From Lingula anatina (taxonomy: Eukaryota; Animalia; Brachiopoda), in contig CM120640.1 of the NCBI GenBank assembly GCA_051362555.1, positions 1,116,001 through 1,180,000 of the forward strand: 64,000 nt of DNA, read 5' to 3'. The position numbers and the translations under genes were made by a program. Positions 46,801-61,500 of the stretch are shown piece after piece (position 1 is the stretch's first letter; the number at the start of each line of letters is the position of its first letter). The notes under the pieces were generated by a model. The model saw only the letters and a list, made by a program, of their open reading frames with translations, searched no databases and was not told the origin of the DNA.

Positions 46801-49800
46801 CAGTTGCCTCCTGACACTTGGCCACTTGCTGGAAGCATCAAGGTGAAATGAAAGTGTAAAATTGGCTAATTTAAAAAATAAAATATTTCATTTATTGGGT
46901 TAGATATATGCTGACTATTTTCTGTATTACAAACACGTGCATGCGCGCACACACACAAACACACATGAATATATCCAGATGTGGTGATTCTTTAAATGGG
47001 CATTTTAAATGTTGATATAGCGGCTTCTACTTTCATACTGACCCTGTCCAAAGACAAAATCAGAAGCAAGGAAGTTTATCAGACATTTTGTGTCTAAGAA
47101 AATGGGTCAGTTTATTCTTGCTCAGTGGATAGAAAAGTAGACTATACAAATCATAATAAGCAATATTTTTTAGGAAAAAATAAACTTGACATACCTTGGC
47201 TTTTCCAAGATAAAGATGCATTTTGTGGTTTTGTATAGGAATGGCAGTCAGGTGGAAGTTCCGCATTCTGTTGATCTCCAGTTGAAACGCTAGCGCAGGC
47301 TCAAGATGGCGATAAATTCTATCCTCGGCAAACTGTGAAGATACACAAATATACTGAATGAACTGGAGACGTAGGTCTGCATCAATAATGTTACACCACA
47401 TATTAATCATTTTACTTATTCTAAGCTTATATCACTCCATTCAAAGACTGATAACATTCAGACATTGTTGGCTAGAAAGTTTTCATTCTTGTTTTACAAG
47501 CATCACACTTACCATGTCTCGGGCTCTGAATGTGAAATATTGGGGAAATTCTCTCTAGAAATAAAAAAAGTGTCATTATTTCATCTTTTACTGAAAGCAA
47601 CTTATTCTGTTGATTCATAATTTTTTCAACTGCATAAAATTTTCTCTTTTTATACCACACTGAGCAAAAAAGTAATTACATAAATGCAATACTGGATTTT
47701 CCAGACTCATTACTTATGTAGGCTACATGATGTGCTTTTTCATTTGAAAATTCTTTTTTTTTTTTTTTTTTTTTTACATTTTGATAATTAATTCACACTA
47801 CAAATAGTTACTTCAGCCTCACTCCCCCAGCTAAGAAAACTTACAGCATATGAATTCAGGAAGGTCACTCTTCTGATTCCCTTTTCTACCAATTTAGGCG
47901 ACTAAAAATAAAAAAAATATTTTTTTTACTTTCAAAAATATTACTTACAATAAAAAACTTTTTGTATAAAGGTATGCGTAACACTTTTAAAGTAATAATA
48001 ATAATACCATAATATATAATGATATAATAACTACCAGTAGAAATCTCTAGTTTAGAAAAGTTTGCACATATTCTACCTGACTTTCACAAAATGACTGCAA
48101 CATTTTTGAAAACTCATTAACATCAGAGTTGTCAACCTTCAAGGCCACGCCCAGTATGTGGATTGGTTCTTCTGACGGCTTCTAAAATACAAAGTATTAC
48201 AGTTACTTTTTATAGAACTGATTCACACAAGTACTGTGGCCATTATGGTATCATATGAGTTTGCGTAATGGTGTCCCAAAACCTTCCCCTGCTTATTGCA
48301 AATTCTAGATCCAAAAATTTTTTTCGTTCAATACATAATTTCAGCATAAACATTTTCATTAAATTAAAGAAGATGTGTTACTTAGTCTAATGTATATAAT
48401 TTCAGTTTTGGCAAACTGAAAACTGTCAGCTTTTATACTGCAGTTGGTTCTCTTACATGAGGACTTTGAGTTTGTCTCACAGAAAGAAGGAAGAAGCTAA
48501 TATTTCTGAAAGAGATCTACTTTATTTTGGACTGGGTTCCCATGCCTAGATCAATCCATCTGGATCGGTCTAACTCCCTAGGGAGTCTCACTTAAATGCT
48601 ATCAACTGAACTGGCTTGATGGTTTGTCACGCCTACAGAATCAGCTTGGGGGTACAGATAATTACCCCCTAACAGCTTTAATAGGCGTGACAGACATTTC
48701 AGTCGGTTGTTTTGATAGCAATTTAGTGAGACTCCCCAGGGAGTTAGACTGATCAAAATATCTGTGGGAATGGTCCCTTAGTGGAATACAACATATTTAT
48801 TCTGAATCAAAGCAATCTCAAGTTTAGGGGGTGAAAGTGAAGACCAACCCTCCACTCAAAGTCCTACCTGAAATACTTCAGTGTACTTACTGTCTCTGAC
48901 ATCCTGTCCAGAAAACTGGAAGTGGACTCCATTAGTACAGGGCTGTCTGGAGGGGTGCTGGAAAATCTCTCCAACATCTCATCAAAATGGCTGTGAAAAA
49001 ACAGAGAATAAATCTTATTCAAACATGCAACATAAATTCTATTTCCAGCTGGAGAAAGTTAATTTTCTACATAAGACCTGATGCACCCCCTATCATTTAA
49101 AGCAAATGTTTAAATAAATTTCCATAATTGCTTGTTAATTTTTCTTCACTTTCGAATTGCTGATTTTAATTTTGCCAAAAAAAAAAAAAAAAAACAAAGC
49201 TTTCAAATGACATATGTCAACAGATACAATAAGAGATTGCCAAGTAAGCAATTACCCTTTTGTTTATACCAGCCACATTCACAATTATGCTTTGAAAACA
49301 AATTTATTTCATATACATATCTGATTTTTAAAAAATCAGACTCCACTTACTCCACAAAGTTCTCAAAGGTGGTGAAGGCCGCGATAGCCCCCTTCCTCAT
49401 GCAGGGTGTCTGGTCCTCCTCGGGCTGCTCAAAGCTCTGGTTCAGTTCCTCCGTGAGACTGGGCACCCTGGGAACCAGGCTCTGAGATATGGCACTCTGG
49501 ACAGGCTGGGCAGTCCTAGAGTAAGGCAGAATACAGAGAGAGTGAGGACCTCAGAAATCAGGGTGCAATTTGGTGCGGAGCTGCACTTTTACTGCTGAAT
49601 TAGTGGATGCTTTATATTTCAGTGCTAAGCCAAACTAGAACAGTCAAAAATCAACAGATACTTTTATCATCTGTAAAATTCATAGGGACATAATCTTTTT
49701 TTCATCTAATCATCCTAGGTAGATTCTATTTTACTGTCAACGAAAACAGCTACTTGTATGGATATTTCCTGATGTAAGTGAAAGAATGAAAAATGAAAAT

Positions 49801-52511
49801 CATCAGTAAAGCCCCAGTCTGAAGAAAAAGTCTAAACAATTTTTCTTGTTGGAAATGACCATGGAAGCAAAACTTATATCACCGACATATAACAAGGCAG
49901 CACTGATAACAGGAGTCCATTCCCCACATATATCTACATGCCACAGTAGGCAGCATACCTCAAGACATTCCCTACACATGCAACAGATACCATAACTCTA
50001 TACAGATTACTGTTATGCTGGTGAGTTTTCCATGCCAAACCATTTAGTATTCAGGTTAATATTGTATTCTATCAAAAGCCATGCACCATGACGTAGTAAC
50101 TAAATACCTGTACCCATACTGATGTTAGCTCTAGATCTGTATTCTGACTAATCATTAAGGACACATTAAAAATAATATCTACAAACATGCTGTTAAAATA
50201 GGAAAAAAAAACATTGTATGAAATAATTGAAGCTTAAGAGTAACCACCTTATTCAAAGCAGGAACATAAAATGATTAGAAGACACTTTCTGAAAACGTGC
50301 TTTAAAACAGGCGTGATTTTGCAGCTTGTAAAATAAATCAAAAGCTGGAAATGTGTAAATAATGAAACTGAAAATAATGTGACTTCACAGGTAAATCACA
50401 ACACAGCACAAAATAAGTGTAGTGAAAGCCAAAGCAGAAACACATGTCAGCCATTAGTTAAATGGAAAACAGATTCTTAAACATTAAAAAAATATTCTGT
50501 ATTTTACCTGGACCTGTATAAAGACATGTACTTGTACCTACACAAGGCAACAAACAAAGTATACTTTAATATACAGAACTATTATTTCTTAAATATGTAT
50601 TACAGCAATAAGACATAATTATCTTATTTCTATAATCACCCGTCCATTATGACAATTTAACTAAAATGACAAAAGAATGAAAGCTTTTCAATGTTACTTG
50701 AAACCAATTTATATTCCTGAAGTAATTTTTATGTAACAAAGGTAATTAATTTTTAGTTCACATAATCAAAAACCACCCCTTTTCTGTCTTCATAAAACAT
50801 CTAGACTATGCTAAAGTTCTACCATGCTTGTCCTAATTTACAGAATACCTACACTAATTTTGTATGTTAGTTGAAGACCACTATTGTTATAATCAGTGTT
50901 TAACAATAAAGATAGGACAACTTTTCTCAAAGAATTTTAGGGTTAAAAAGCTGAAAATCCAGTGAATCTAATATCATGTTAGTTTTGCCTGAAATCATTT
51001 ATTAGTCTCTGCCAATGAAAATCCATTAAAATGTGTATTTTCATAGCAATCAGATCTTACCTATTTGGATGGGAGGTGGGTAAGAAAAACTTGAAGTCCA
51101 CAATGCATGTCCCGTCTCTCATCTGGGAGTGTTGTACACAGCTCAGGTCGTAGGCAATGTACGCTCTTCTCACATATACCTAAGATGGCATATATGGATC
51201 ATAAGTTAATATATGAGATGTAATACAATGGACACTCTTCTTACATAAACCTTTGATGGCAAAGGGAACTAAATGAATATATGAAATATAATGGAATAAA
51301 TTTTTCTCACAAACACATTTTTACATAAACTTATCATGTCATTGAGGGCATCAGAAAAAATAGAGGATATAACAATATCGTCAACACATAAAAAATACAT
51401 GATAAATACTGGATAATACTAAGTTAAAGCGCTGAAACATACCAACCAACATAAAGTTATCAATTTTAAACATGTATAAAGATAATATCTATCAGAACAA
51501 AAGTCTATTTCAAAGCACACTTTCTGGCAAAGCTTAATTACTGTCATATAAACTAATGTACACTTTAATACAGTAGCATATTTAAAAGAAGTTTTCTAAA
51601 AGATAAAACTTAAAATAGAATTCAATTTAACTGTATGTAAGATTTTTATGTCAAAGTAAGAATATGTTCTGATATATATGCTAATCATTATAAGCTAATG
51701 TGTTCATGGGTGTCATACCTCCAGAGCTGCCATCCTCACCAGCATGTTACTATGGTAGAAAAAATCTGGCAGGATATCAAATATGGCTGTCTCGGACATG
51801 ATGAGCTTCTGCAGGTTTTCTGGGTGAAATTCCTGGCCGTACATGTCAATGGCGGACAGGAAGATTGACTCCACCTGGTTGTGGCGCAATTCATATGGAG
51901 GCTGGTGGGCTGCTATTAGGACCTGGAAAGAAACAAGAAAACATCAGATCTGAATTTTAGAAGAATGAAGATTCCTTATTGATTACAATTTTAATACTTA
52001 TAATTCACCAAAACTAATACACTAACACTAATCGATTTTAAAAATAAAATTCACCTTTGAAAACATAATAACAATTACCCATTATAAGGGTCAACAGAAT
52101 GGCAATTTTCTCGTTTCCTCATCATTTCTTACAAAGATCTCTATCTTCTCATCAAATAAATAAACAAAAAATAACAATCAAATAAAAACAACATCTGTCT
52201 CCCTTTTTGCTTCCCACCATGCCCCATACCTGTCTTGCCCTCAGCGCCACTTTCCCATTCTCTGCATTGTTTAACGTGGTGAATTCTGTCAAGATGGAGT
52301 CCAGATCTTCTGTCAGTCCCGGCTCCTTCTCACAAAGGTGATCCTAGTGATGTGAACAGTGGATACTATGAATGAGTCTCTGACTTCTTTGTGAAACAAT
52401 TTTTAGAGTCAAATTTAGTTAAAATGACCTTTAACCAATTTGGGAACAAAATTCTTCTGACAATTACTTTCTTTTCATGGTAATGTTCATAAACCCAAAA
52501 GCCCCCCCCCC

Positions 52512-52599
<88 letters not shown>

Positions 52600-55500
52600 G
52601 ATGAACTCACAATGAGCATGATGACTAGAAGGTTCTTCTTCTGTACTTGGGAATGTGAAAAAATAGTGGCCATGACAGTTGCCATGTCATCTTTGTGTTT
52701 CTCCCTCAGCTGAGCCACACACTTGTCATAGTGACCTGGAACATCGGGAAAAATTTTCTTTTCTCAGAGAAAAATAATAATTATAAATAAACTAAAATAT
52801 GTTTAAAAACAACAAAATAAAAATAAAAATCTTGGAGGCAAACATAATTCTCAATCTATTAAAAAATCTTCAAAAATGTTTTCTGTATATAATAAAACCA
52901 AGATTTCTAAAAACACAATTATTATAGTTCTTATTCCATCTTTTAGCTGTGCTGATTGATTTTCGATATTCCACAATGACAAACTGTTTGTCTTTATACC
53001 TGAAGTATCTTTGCTGGCAAACACAGTAAAGTAATTATCAATTTTTTCATGAGCTATAATAATCTACTAAGTGGAAATAAAAGACTTCCACTAATACAGA
53101 AGTATGATATTTAAAGAAAGGTGGACTACTGTACAGAGACAGTGACAGCAATCCTCACCATGTTGAAACTGTGACTCCACCTTCAGGTACTGTTTTAATA
53201 AGTCCTGCACCACCATTCTCATGTGACCTCTCACCCCGCTGCGGTACCTAAAATACCAAACGGCTTGTAAATTAAGTCTGTCCTGATCTTAAAGATAAGT
53301 GTGCCTATAAAGCAACATTTCAATTTTGAACTTGAAAATGTTTCTTAATGAAAAAATTTGTAAAATACAGACAATGAAAGCATCCCCCTCAAAAAAACAG
53401 ATAAGATTATCTAGTGTCTAAACCACATATACACACAAGCTTTCAACAATATTATAATCCAAGCAGGACGCTTACTTTAATGAAAATATGAAGTCTATAA
53501 TATTACCTGAAGTCTGTTTCACTTTAGTTCTGAAAGAGATTTGTGTCATCCAATTTGACTTTTATTTTTAAATATTTTGAGTTAATATAATAAATGTGAC
53601 TGTTATTCTTACCTCTGTACCAGTTGTACAATGCCCTGAGTGGTCATAAAGAAAACATCCCTGTCTGATCTCTTAGTTAAAGTGGCAGCATAACTGTCTA
53701 TCACAGTGGCTATCTGGAGCACATAAATACCAAGATTAAATACCAAAATTTCGGATTCACATAAAAATGAAACGTTGCTTATGTATGTTTGTGGTTATCC
53801 AAAGTGAAAAACATGATATTTTATAACTCCCAGATTTGATTGCCTAGCCAATTTATATTTCAAAAGGGCAATGGGAAAACATACATGTTTTGTGTGATTA
53901 AGATATTTCATGATTTTTTTGGGTAAAAGACAGTAACTAACTTCATGAAAATGCATGGATTAAACTATCAAAATGATAAATATAAGATAAAAATAAAATT
54001 CCTTGTTAAAAATTCTGCTAAAAACAAAGCAGGAGCATTTTATAAATGTTTCAAACACTTACTGATCAGGAATACCTGCCCACAGGTGAAAAATACAATT
54101 TACTCACAAATAATCACTGAGTGAATATCCTTATTTACCAAAAAAGTGAAAAAAAAGCTTAATAAAAGAGCTCACTTGTTGACTTGGAAACTGGCAGAGA
54201 ATAGAGGTGATGTTGCTGGCGTAGACTTGCATGTGTTTACGAATGGTCCTCTCTACCTGTGGCGGCAGTCGCCCAGATATCATGGAGATCAACTCCTGAG
54301 GGAGAGAACATGAATAAATGTGTCACTTACAGGTGATTATGATGATAGTAGTATTTTCAGAAAAGATACAAACACACTTTTATAATTCTTGGGAGTTAGT
54401 TTTGACAGACCTGGTGATAATAAAAAAGAGATGCCTTTTATAAACTCAAATTACATATAAAACAATGGTATTAACTTGAAACCATTCTGATAGATATTAT
54501 AAACTTGGAGGCAAGGTAGTCCAAGTTTATACTCATACACTGAGCTTAGCCCATATTGCACTTCTTTAAATAATAAGGTAAGTAATAACTCTTACCTGTA
54601 GTTCTAACAGTGGCATACTGGGGTCCCTGATACAGGTAAGTAGAGTATTAAGCACATCTCCCAGGCGTTTCTTGAACACCTTGTCATCAGGTATGGCGTA
54701 TCCTGCCAGGATATTCTCCAGCGAGGCTCTGGCACTCTGGAACACTTGGTGGAGTTTGTCACCATGCATGGATGTCACAGTGTTGTGTGTAACAGCTGGC
54801 AGCTTGCCGTGGAATAACTGAGCCTGGAGAGCACATAAACAGGTTGTGTGATATCCTGGTACTTACTGAAAGATTATTCATCTCCGAATTTCTTTTTTAG
54901 TCCACTGTTATTATTCAGTGAAATAATAATATGGGACTCAGCAATTAATTGGATGCTAAAACTAGCATCATTAGTCACCAAGGGTCATATCAACCATGGC
55001 ACTAGCGAGATTGAGAGTAGTAAGCTGACTTTACCTAACTGCATATCTGTTGTACAGTACATAGATTGTAAAATGAGAATAATAATATACTGTATAAAAT
55101 TATGAATTATTGAAGTCAATTAGAAAATTCAGATTTCAATTAATTTTAGCTTACTGTGAGGCATTTGGCTGAAAAATTTTAGGTCACAAACACAGCAGAT
55201 TTTAATTTCATAACAACTAATTTAAAAACAAACTTGAGCAGTGCATGGATTTTACAATGAAAAATTACTCCCACCCCCTCCACCCACCTGTTGTACTCTG
55301 CTGGGATCATCTAGCTGTAGTTTACACACTATACTTCCAGCATCAAGTACACCTCACATTACCCCCACCCCCTCCACCCACCTGTTGTACTCTGCTGGGA
55401 TTATCTAGCTGTAGTTTACACACTATACTTCCAGCATCAAGTACACCTCACATTACCCCCACCCCCTCCACCCACCTGTTGTACTCTGCTGGGATCATCT

Positions 55501-58500
55501 AGCTGTAGTTTACACACTATACTTCCAGCATCAAGTACACCTCACATTACCCCCACCCCCTCCACCCACCTGTTGTACTCTGCTGGGATTATCTAGCTGT
55601 AGTTTACACACTATACTTCCAGCATCAAGTACACCTCACATTACCCCCACCCTCTCCACCCACCTGTTGTACCCTGCTGGGATCATCTAGCTGTAGTTTA
55701 CACACTATACTTCCAGCATCAAGTACAGCTCCTGGTCTCTTTACATAGTGAACACTGCAATGAACAGTCACTACAAGGTCAGTCACAATAAAATGTTTTA
55801 TTGTCATCACTTGTGCATTTAATTATGTGATCTTTGGCAATGAAACTTTGTTGTATGCAACATAATAAATTTTAAATCTTTGATTTGAAATGGTTAACAA
55901 TCTTCAAATTAAGTGTGTCCGAAAAGGTCATATTTATAATAATAGCATGATTTGAATAAATCAAATTCTGCTAACTTAATCCTAACTTTTTCAAAAAGCA
56001 TTACCCTTCAAAAGATCATGTCTTATTCTACAGAAATGTTAAAAAAGCCAATGCCATCCTACCATCCACTCTCCGTCACCCTTAACTCCATCACCATCTT
56101 CATCACCTCAATCTCAGCGTAAACATCGCCAGCAAAAGTATGGCCGCCGTCCTCCACCAAATAGGCGACAAGTTTGCCTGCAGACGGAGACCTGGGGAAA
56201 ACGGAATACATTATTATGAAGTACAAAATATATTAAACATGAATACCATAGAATGCTTTTGACAGAATACCATGCAAAAAGAAATATTTCAGAATAAGGC
56301 TTTAAATGATTTGATCTTCATACATGAAAGAGTAAAATAATCATGATCGTTATTTTTGACAATTCTAAACAGCATTGCTTCCTATCATAACACTAGAAAG
56401 CTTCCTGTCCTTTGTAAAACAAGAAATTAAATGTTTTAAAACATATTTTGTTTTAGAGCCCAAAAGGACCAGATAAATCCTGCCTACCTGAGGACTGAAG
56501 GATCATTTTCCTTTTCAAAGACACAGGTTCTGTTGCCAATGATGATCCTGTAGCTGCCGACCTCTTCCCTCATGTATGTTGTGTGACTGGCGCCATCTAT
56601 TGACAGTAACAGGCCTCCATCACTCAGCCTAAATATGGGAGAACATTCACAGGTTCTTATTATTCATACAAGGCTAGTACAATTAATTACAGCATAGAAA
56701 TGTTATAACATTATACAATTTGAGAAAAATTACTCAACAGGACACCAATATAAAACAATTTAGAAACTTCACTGGGAGTATTTTTTACATGTGGATGTAA
56801 CAGACTTATTTCACCCCAGCCACTAAATGGCCTTGCCTCAAACTTGCACAGTCATCAGTAAACCAGCACTGATGAAGATGGCTACAAGTTACCTAAAAAT
56901 CTAACATTTGATATGGGTAAAACTATACTTATTTGTAGCTAGATTAAACTATGGAAAAGATGTGGAGAATATGAAAATATAATGCTTGATTAATATGGAA
57001 ATTATGCACCAACAAGATTTTAATACACTCCAAAGAGAGCATCAACTTTAAAGACTGGTGGCCATGTTATGGTGCATTCATACCTGTGAGACTCAACATC
57101 AACATAAGAATCATTCATTGCTACAAAGTAGCTACTTGGTCCTGTCTTGGTTACCTAGAAAATATCGCAGTTACATGATTTACTGGAATGATAATTAACA
57201 AGAAAAGGTAATGTTTATGAGGTGTAAATTATTGAAATGAAGCAACTTAGAGAAAAAGGGGGAAAATGGTAAAAATGCAATGAAAGTTTGTTCATGGAGT
57301 AATTCTTGTCAAGAAACCACCCCCACCTTTGGTCATATAATTTGAGTTTGGTCAGTTTACCTGTAGAACATATTTGATCCCTCCATGTATTAGCTCTACA
57401 TCCACTGAACTGGTCAAGCTGCAGGAGGCCTGTATCTGACCTCTGGAAGGGTCAATAAATCATTTCAATTCTAATTTCACTTCTAATTTCAATAACATTG
57501 ATCTAAAAGATTAGAAATAAGAAATAATCTATAGAAAAAATACTTGTACTGTTTCTTTGTGTTGCTTTTGGGATAAATCTTTTTTTTTCAGTACTTCCAA
57601 CTGGTATTTAATTTCCTACCTCTGTAGAGCACTCTGGAAATGTTGGAAGTTGGTCTGTATGGTGTGGTCTGCCACATGGAGGGCGCCACATACCACTGCC
57701 AGCATAGTGTCTGGAGTCTCTGTCTGCAGGAAGTAATACAATCTACTTTACAGGCTCAGTAATACATCAGAATAATAAAGAAATACTTAAAAACATAACA
57801 CCTTTAAGTGACATTAACGGTGATTTCAACTATTATAAATATTGCATTCTATAAAAGGCAAATTTCAAGTGGGAGTAGTTGTATAAGTAGCTCTTGGTAA
57901 AACATCAAACATTAAAAACCCAAATATATTGAGTACAAAACTGTAACTGGTAGACAGTATAGTTATTCTTCTTTTACTAGTGAAGAAAAATGGTGGAATT
58001 AGTGACAATATATTTCTTATAGATCAAAATAAATAAATAAATAAATAAATAAATCTATCAATAACCTGAGTGAGGTATACTTACATGCACCTTTTCAGCA
58101 ATCAGTTTGTCCAGCCACCCTGTGTCTATACAGTTCTGTTGGAAGTTCTCCGTCTCCAGGAGTTTGGTCAGGTACTCCACTGTAGTCCTGAAGTCACCTC
58201 GAATAGACAGCTCCTTCAGGGCCACCACCATGTTCCTTAATAAAATCATATCAGTAGATAAATATGAGGGCCATCACTGGAGAAAATGCTAAAGGAAAAT
58301 CAAGTTTGGAAATGTGTCCATTCATCTGACTGTGAGAGAAATATGCTTTGAAGAACTGGTTTAGAGATAAATCTGGGAAACTGAAGTTACATAATTATCA
58401 TTTTCACACAGTGTTTGAACTTACTCTCTGGCATCTTCCCTGTCCTCTCCCCAAGAGAAACAGTGACCAAACTGTGAGTCAGCGTACTCGTGCAGCCCTC

Positions 58501-61500
58501 CTGAGGCAGCCACACTAAAGTAACCCCACACATTCTTGTTGCTACGGAAGTTCAGTTCTTGAACAGTGCCAGAGCTTGGCTTGAATTCCTAACATAGCAA
58601 AGATACAGGATAATGTTTCCAAAACTGATCATAACAAGTTCACTTTTTGAAAGGAAAATTATACAGTGGCAGTCAGATTTCCACAGATATTGATGCAATG
58701 ATATATAAAAGTTATCCAAAATTTAATGGGAAATTTTAACTTGCAAAACCCACACCAAGCAGAATGGATATAGCAAAATTCAGTTACTGCTTAAAAAATA
58801 TTATTATAAAAAAGTTTTACAGTTATTCTATCCCAAATTATACATGATATGATGTCTTGACATGTCACATCCCATCCCATCCCATAATTATAAACAGGAA
58901 ACAATTCTCACTTCATCAGGGTTCTCGCTGGTGATCCTGGCAGCTATCACATGACCTCTGGGCTGAGGCTTGCAAGGGGGGTTATCAAAGTCTATGGGGG
59001 TGGTGGCCCAAGGATCCTCACCGTACAGCAGACGGATGTTCTTGATGACATGCAGGGGGATACCCATGGCCACCTGGTGGAAGAATTGGAATTTATACAT
59101 CTTTTAGAGGTAAGGCACAGCATTCAGAACTAAAAAATTAGATTTTTAGATTTTTGAAAATTTCATTATATACAGCGTAAAATGCCACGTTTTGTGTGCT
59201 CAAAACAATTTTTTCACCACAAATATTCCAGCTTACAACAAATGTTATAAGCAAATAACCAAAAAAGAGAGCTCATTCAATCCATATAAACAAGTGGCAG
59301 TTTCATACTACCTCAGAAAAATTTTATAAATGAAACTAAGTACATTTCTAATATTAACAAAGAAATCAGTTTCAAAGACTTAAGAACCAGAAAACAAACC
59401 TGCAGCTGAGCAGCAGGAAGGTTGACATCTGCCACCATCTCTGTACATGGATGTTCCACCTGGAGACGCGGGTTTAACTCCAGAAAACTGAACGTCTGGT
59501 CCTCGTCATTGTACAGATATTCCACAGTGCCAGCACTGACATAGCCCACCATCTTGGCTAAGGTGACAGCACACTGGGAAAACAAATGAGTGGAATATAG
59601 CTGAGACTCTTAATCATTGATACAGGAAGTATATTCTTATAAATAGATGTAAAAAGTACTGTATTAAACAATATGATAAAGACAAAACAGTTCATCACGG
59701 AAAATTACCAAATTGCACTTAAAGTAAAAACAGTATCACATATCAAGTCAAAAGTTGCCATTAAATTGTATTATAATCTTGATTTTTTTTCACCATTATT
59801 GCAATGGGAGTGTCAACCTTGTTTAAATTCAACATTAATTTTAAGTCTCAGTTGAAAAATGTAATGTTAAATGTTGATGGCAATGACATAAACATTCAAC
59901 AAAGAGAGAAACAAAAGTATGCAAGCAAATAAAATCTGACAGCCTTGGTGACAAAGCCTGCTGAATATGATGTCACAACTAGCACAATTATCTATACCTT
60001 TTCCATGCGCTCAAAGACTTCAGGTGGTGCTATTGTGGCTGGGGCCTCCTCAATTATCTTCTGGTGTCTCCTCTGAATGGAGCAATCTCTGCCAAACAGG
60101 GAGATGGCATTACCGTACTGGTCAGCTAAGATTTGGACCTCCAGATGGCGTGCATGTGTGGCCAGTTTCATGACGAATATCGGGGAGCCTGGGACCTCTG
60201 ACTGTACCTGGAAATACAGAGAAAGAGAATTAACTGATTTTACATTTATTCTGTGCTAAAAGATGTAAAGTATCATTTTGGTACAAAAACAATGCACACT
60301 GCACTTAATGCAGGGTGGCTAAATCAAGCTATGGCAGTGAGGAGTCGATATTGAAAGATAAAAAATCATGTCAAATTCAATATAAAAAAGCATTTGGAAA
60401 ATCAATTTTCATTAAAATTAGACAAGTGTACAGTAGGAATGTTTAGGTGCAGTAAAGGCAATCCACCCTAATTTTATCAAGGAGAACATTATGCACTATA
60501 CAAATGTACCTACTGATGGTCCAGAATACTGACCTGTCTAAACAATGTGGCAAAATTATCTGGACTGACCACTTTCCTGATCCCCTTCCCACCCCCTCCC
60601 TCAGACGCCTTGATCATCACCGGGAACCCGATCTTCTTGGCAGAGAACAGCGCCTCCTCCTCTGTGAACACGCACCCCTTCTTATAGATGTCTTCAGGGA
60701 CGGTCACTAACTGTCCGCTTGACAGACCTTCGTCACTCCAGGACACGGTCAGCCCCGAGCCACTCCATGGGAGGGTGGGGACACCAGCGCTCTGGGCCAC
60801 AATACTAGAGGCTATCTTGTCCCCCAGTGCCCACATGGCACTCTCTGTGGGGCCTGTGAGAGAGGGTAGGAGCAGGTGAATACTCTCATTCCAGTATTTT
60901 AACAATATCATTCCAGGACTTAAGTAATCTTGTTAAAGTATTTTAATAATCTAATCCACAATTCTAATATCCAGTTAATGAGGATTTTAAATCAAAAATT
61001 TGCTATTTTGATACTTGTTTGCTCAACATCTCAAATAAGAGTTATGAATGAAATAAAATGTTTTATGATATCCCAGTATTATAGATTTCTTACCAATGAA
61101 AGTGATGCCATGTTTATGAAGGAGTTCAGGCAGCTTGGGATTTTCTGAAGCATGGCCCCAGCCAGCCCACACAGCCTGCAATTAGAAAATTTTACATATT
61201 TAACTTTATTTTTTACAACAAACCTCTTACATTTTAGTTCCATACAATTCATATATCAATTCAACTTGAGACACTCTGCTATAAGTATGAACAGGTTTTG
61301 CTTGTTGCGTACTACCAGACTGAGTATAACCTTCTTTTCACTTTGACACCCAGTTCAAGGAAGGATTGAGGCCGTCTTCTGGGTTTTTCTCTACAATCAA
61401 TACAGACCTGTGACTGTGTTCTTTTAGCGATGTCTTGGATTAGCTCCACATTGGCGTAGTTGTTGTTGTTGGTGCCTCCTGGTACAGGCACGTAGTGGTC

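Noticed and set aside
48866-48890. Second ACC donor or AG|GT site 23 nt downstream of the real donor
   Set aside because: Out of frame with the next exon and too short for a recursive intron.
50107-50135. Second microexon candidate in the long ACC intron
   Set aside because: The possible acceptors give 11, 23 or 29 nt (frameshifting) and have poor pyrimidine tracts.
56868-56900. CTGATGA hammerhead-like core
   Set aside because: No proper GAAA or stem II/III pairing could be built; at most a decayed remnant.
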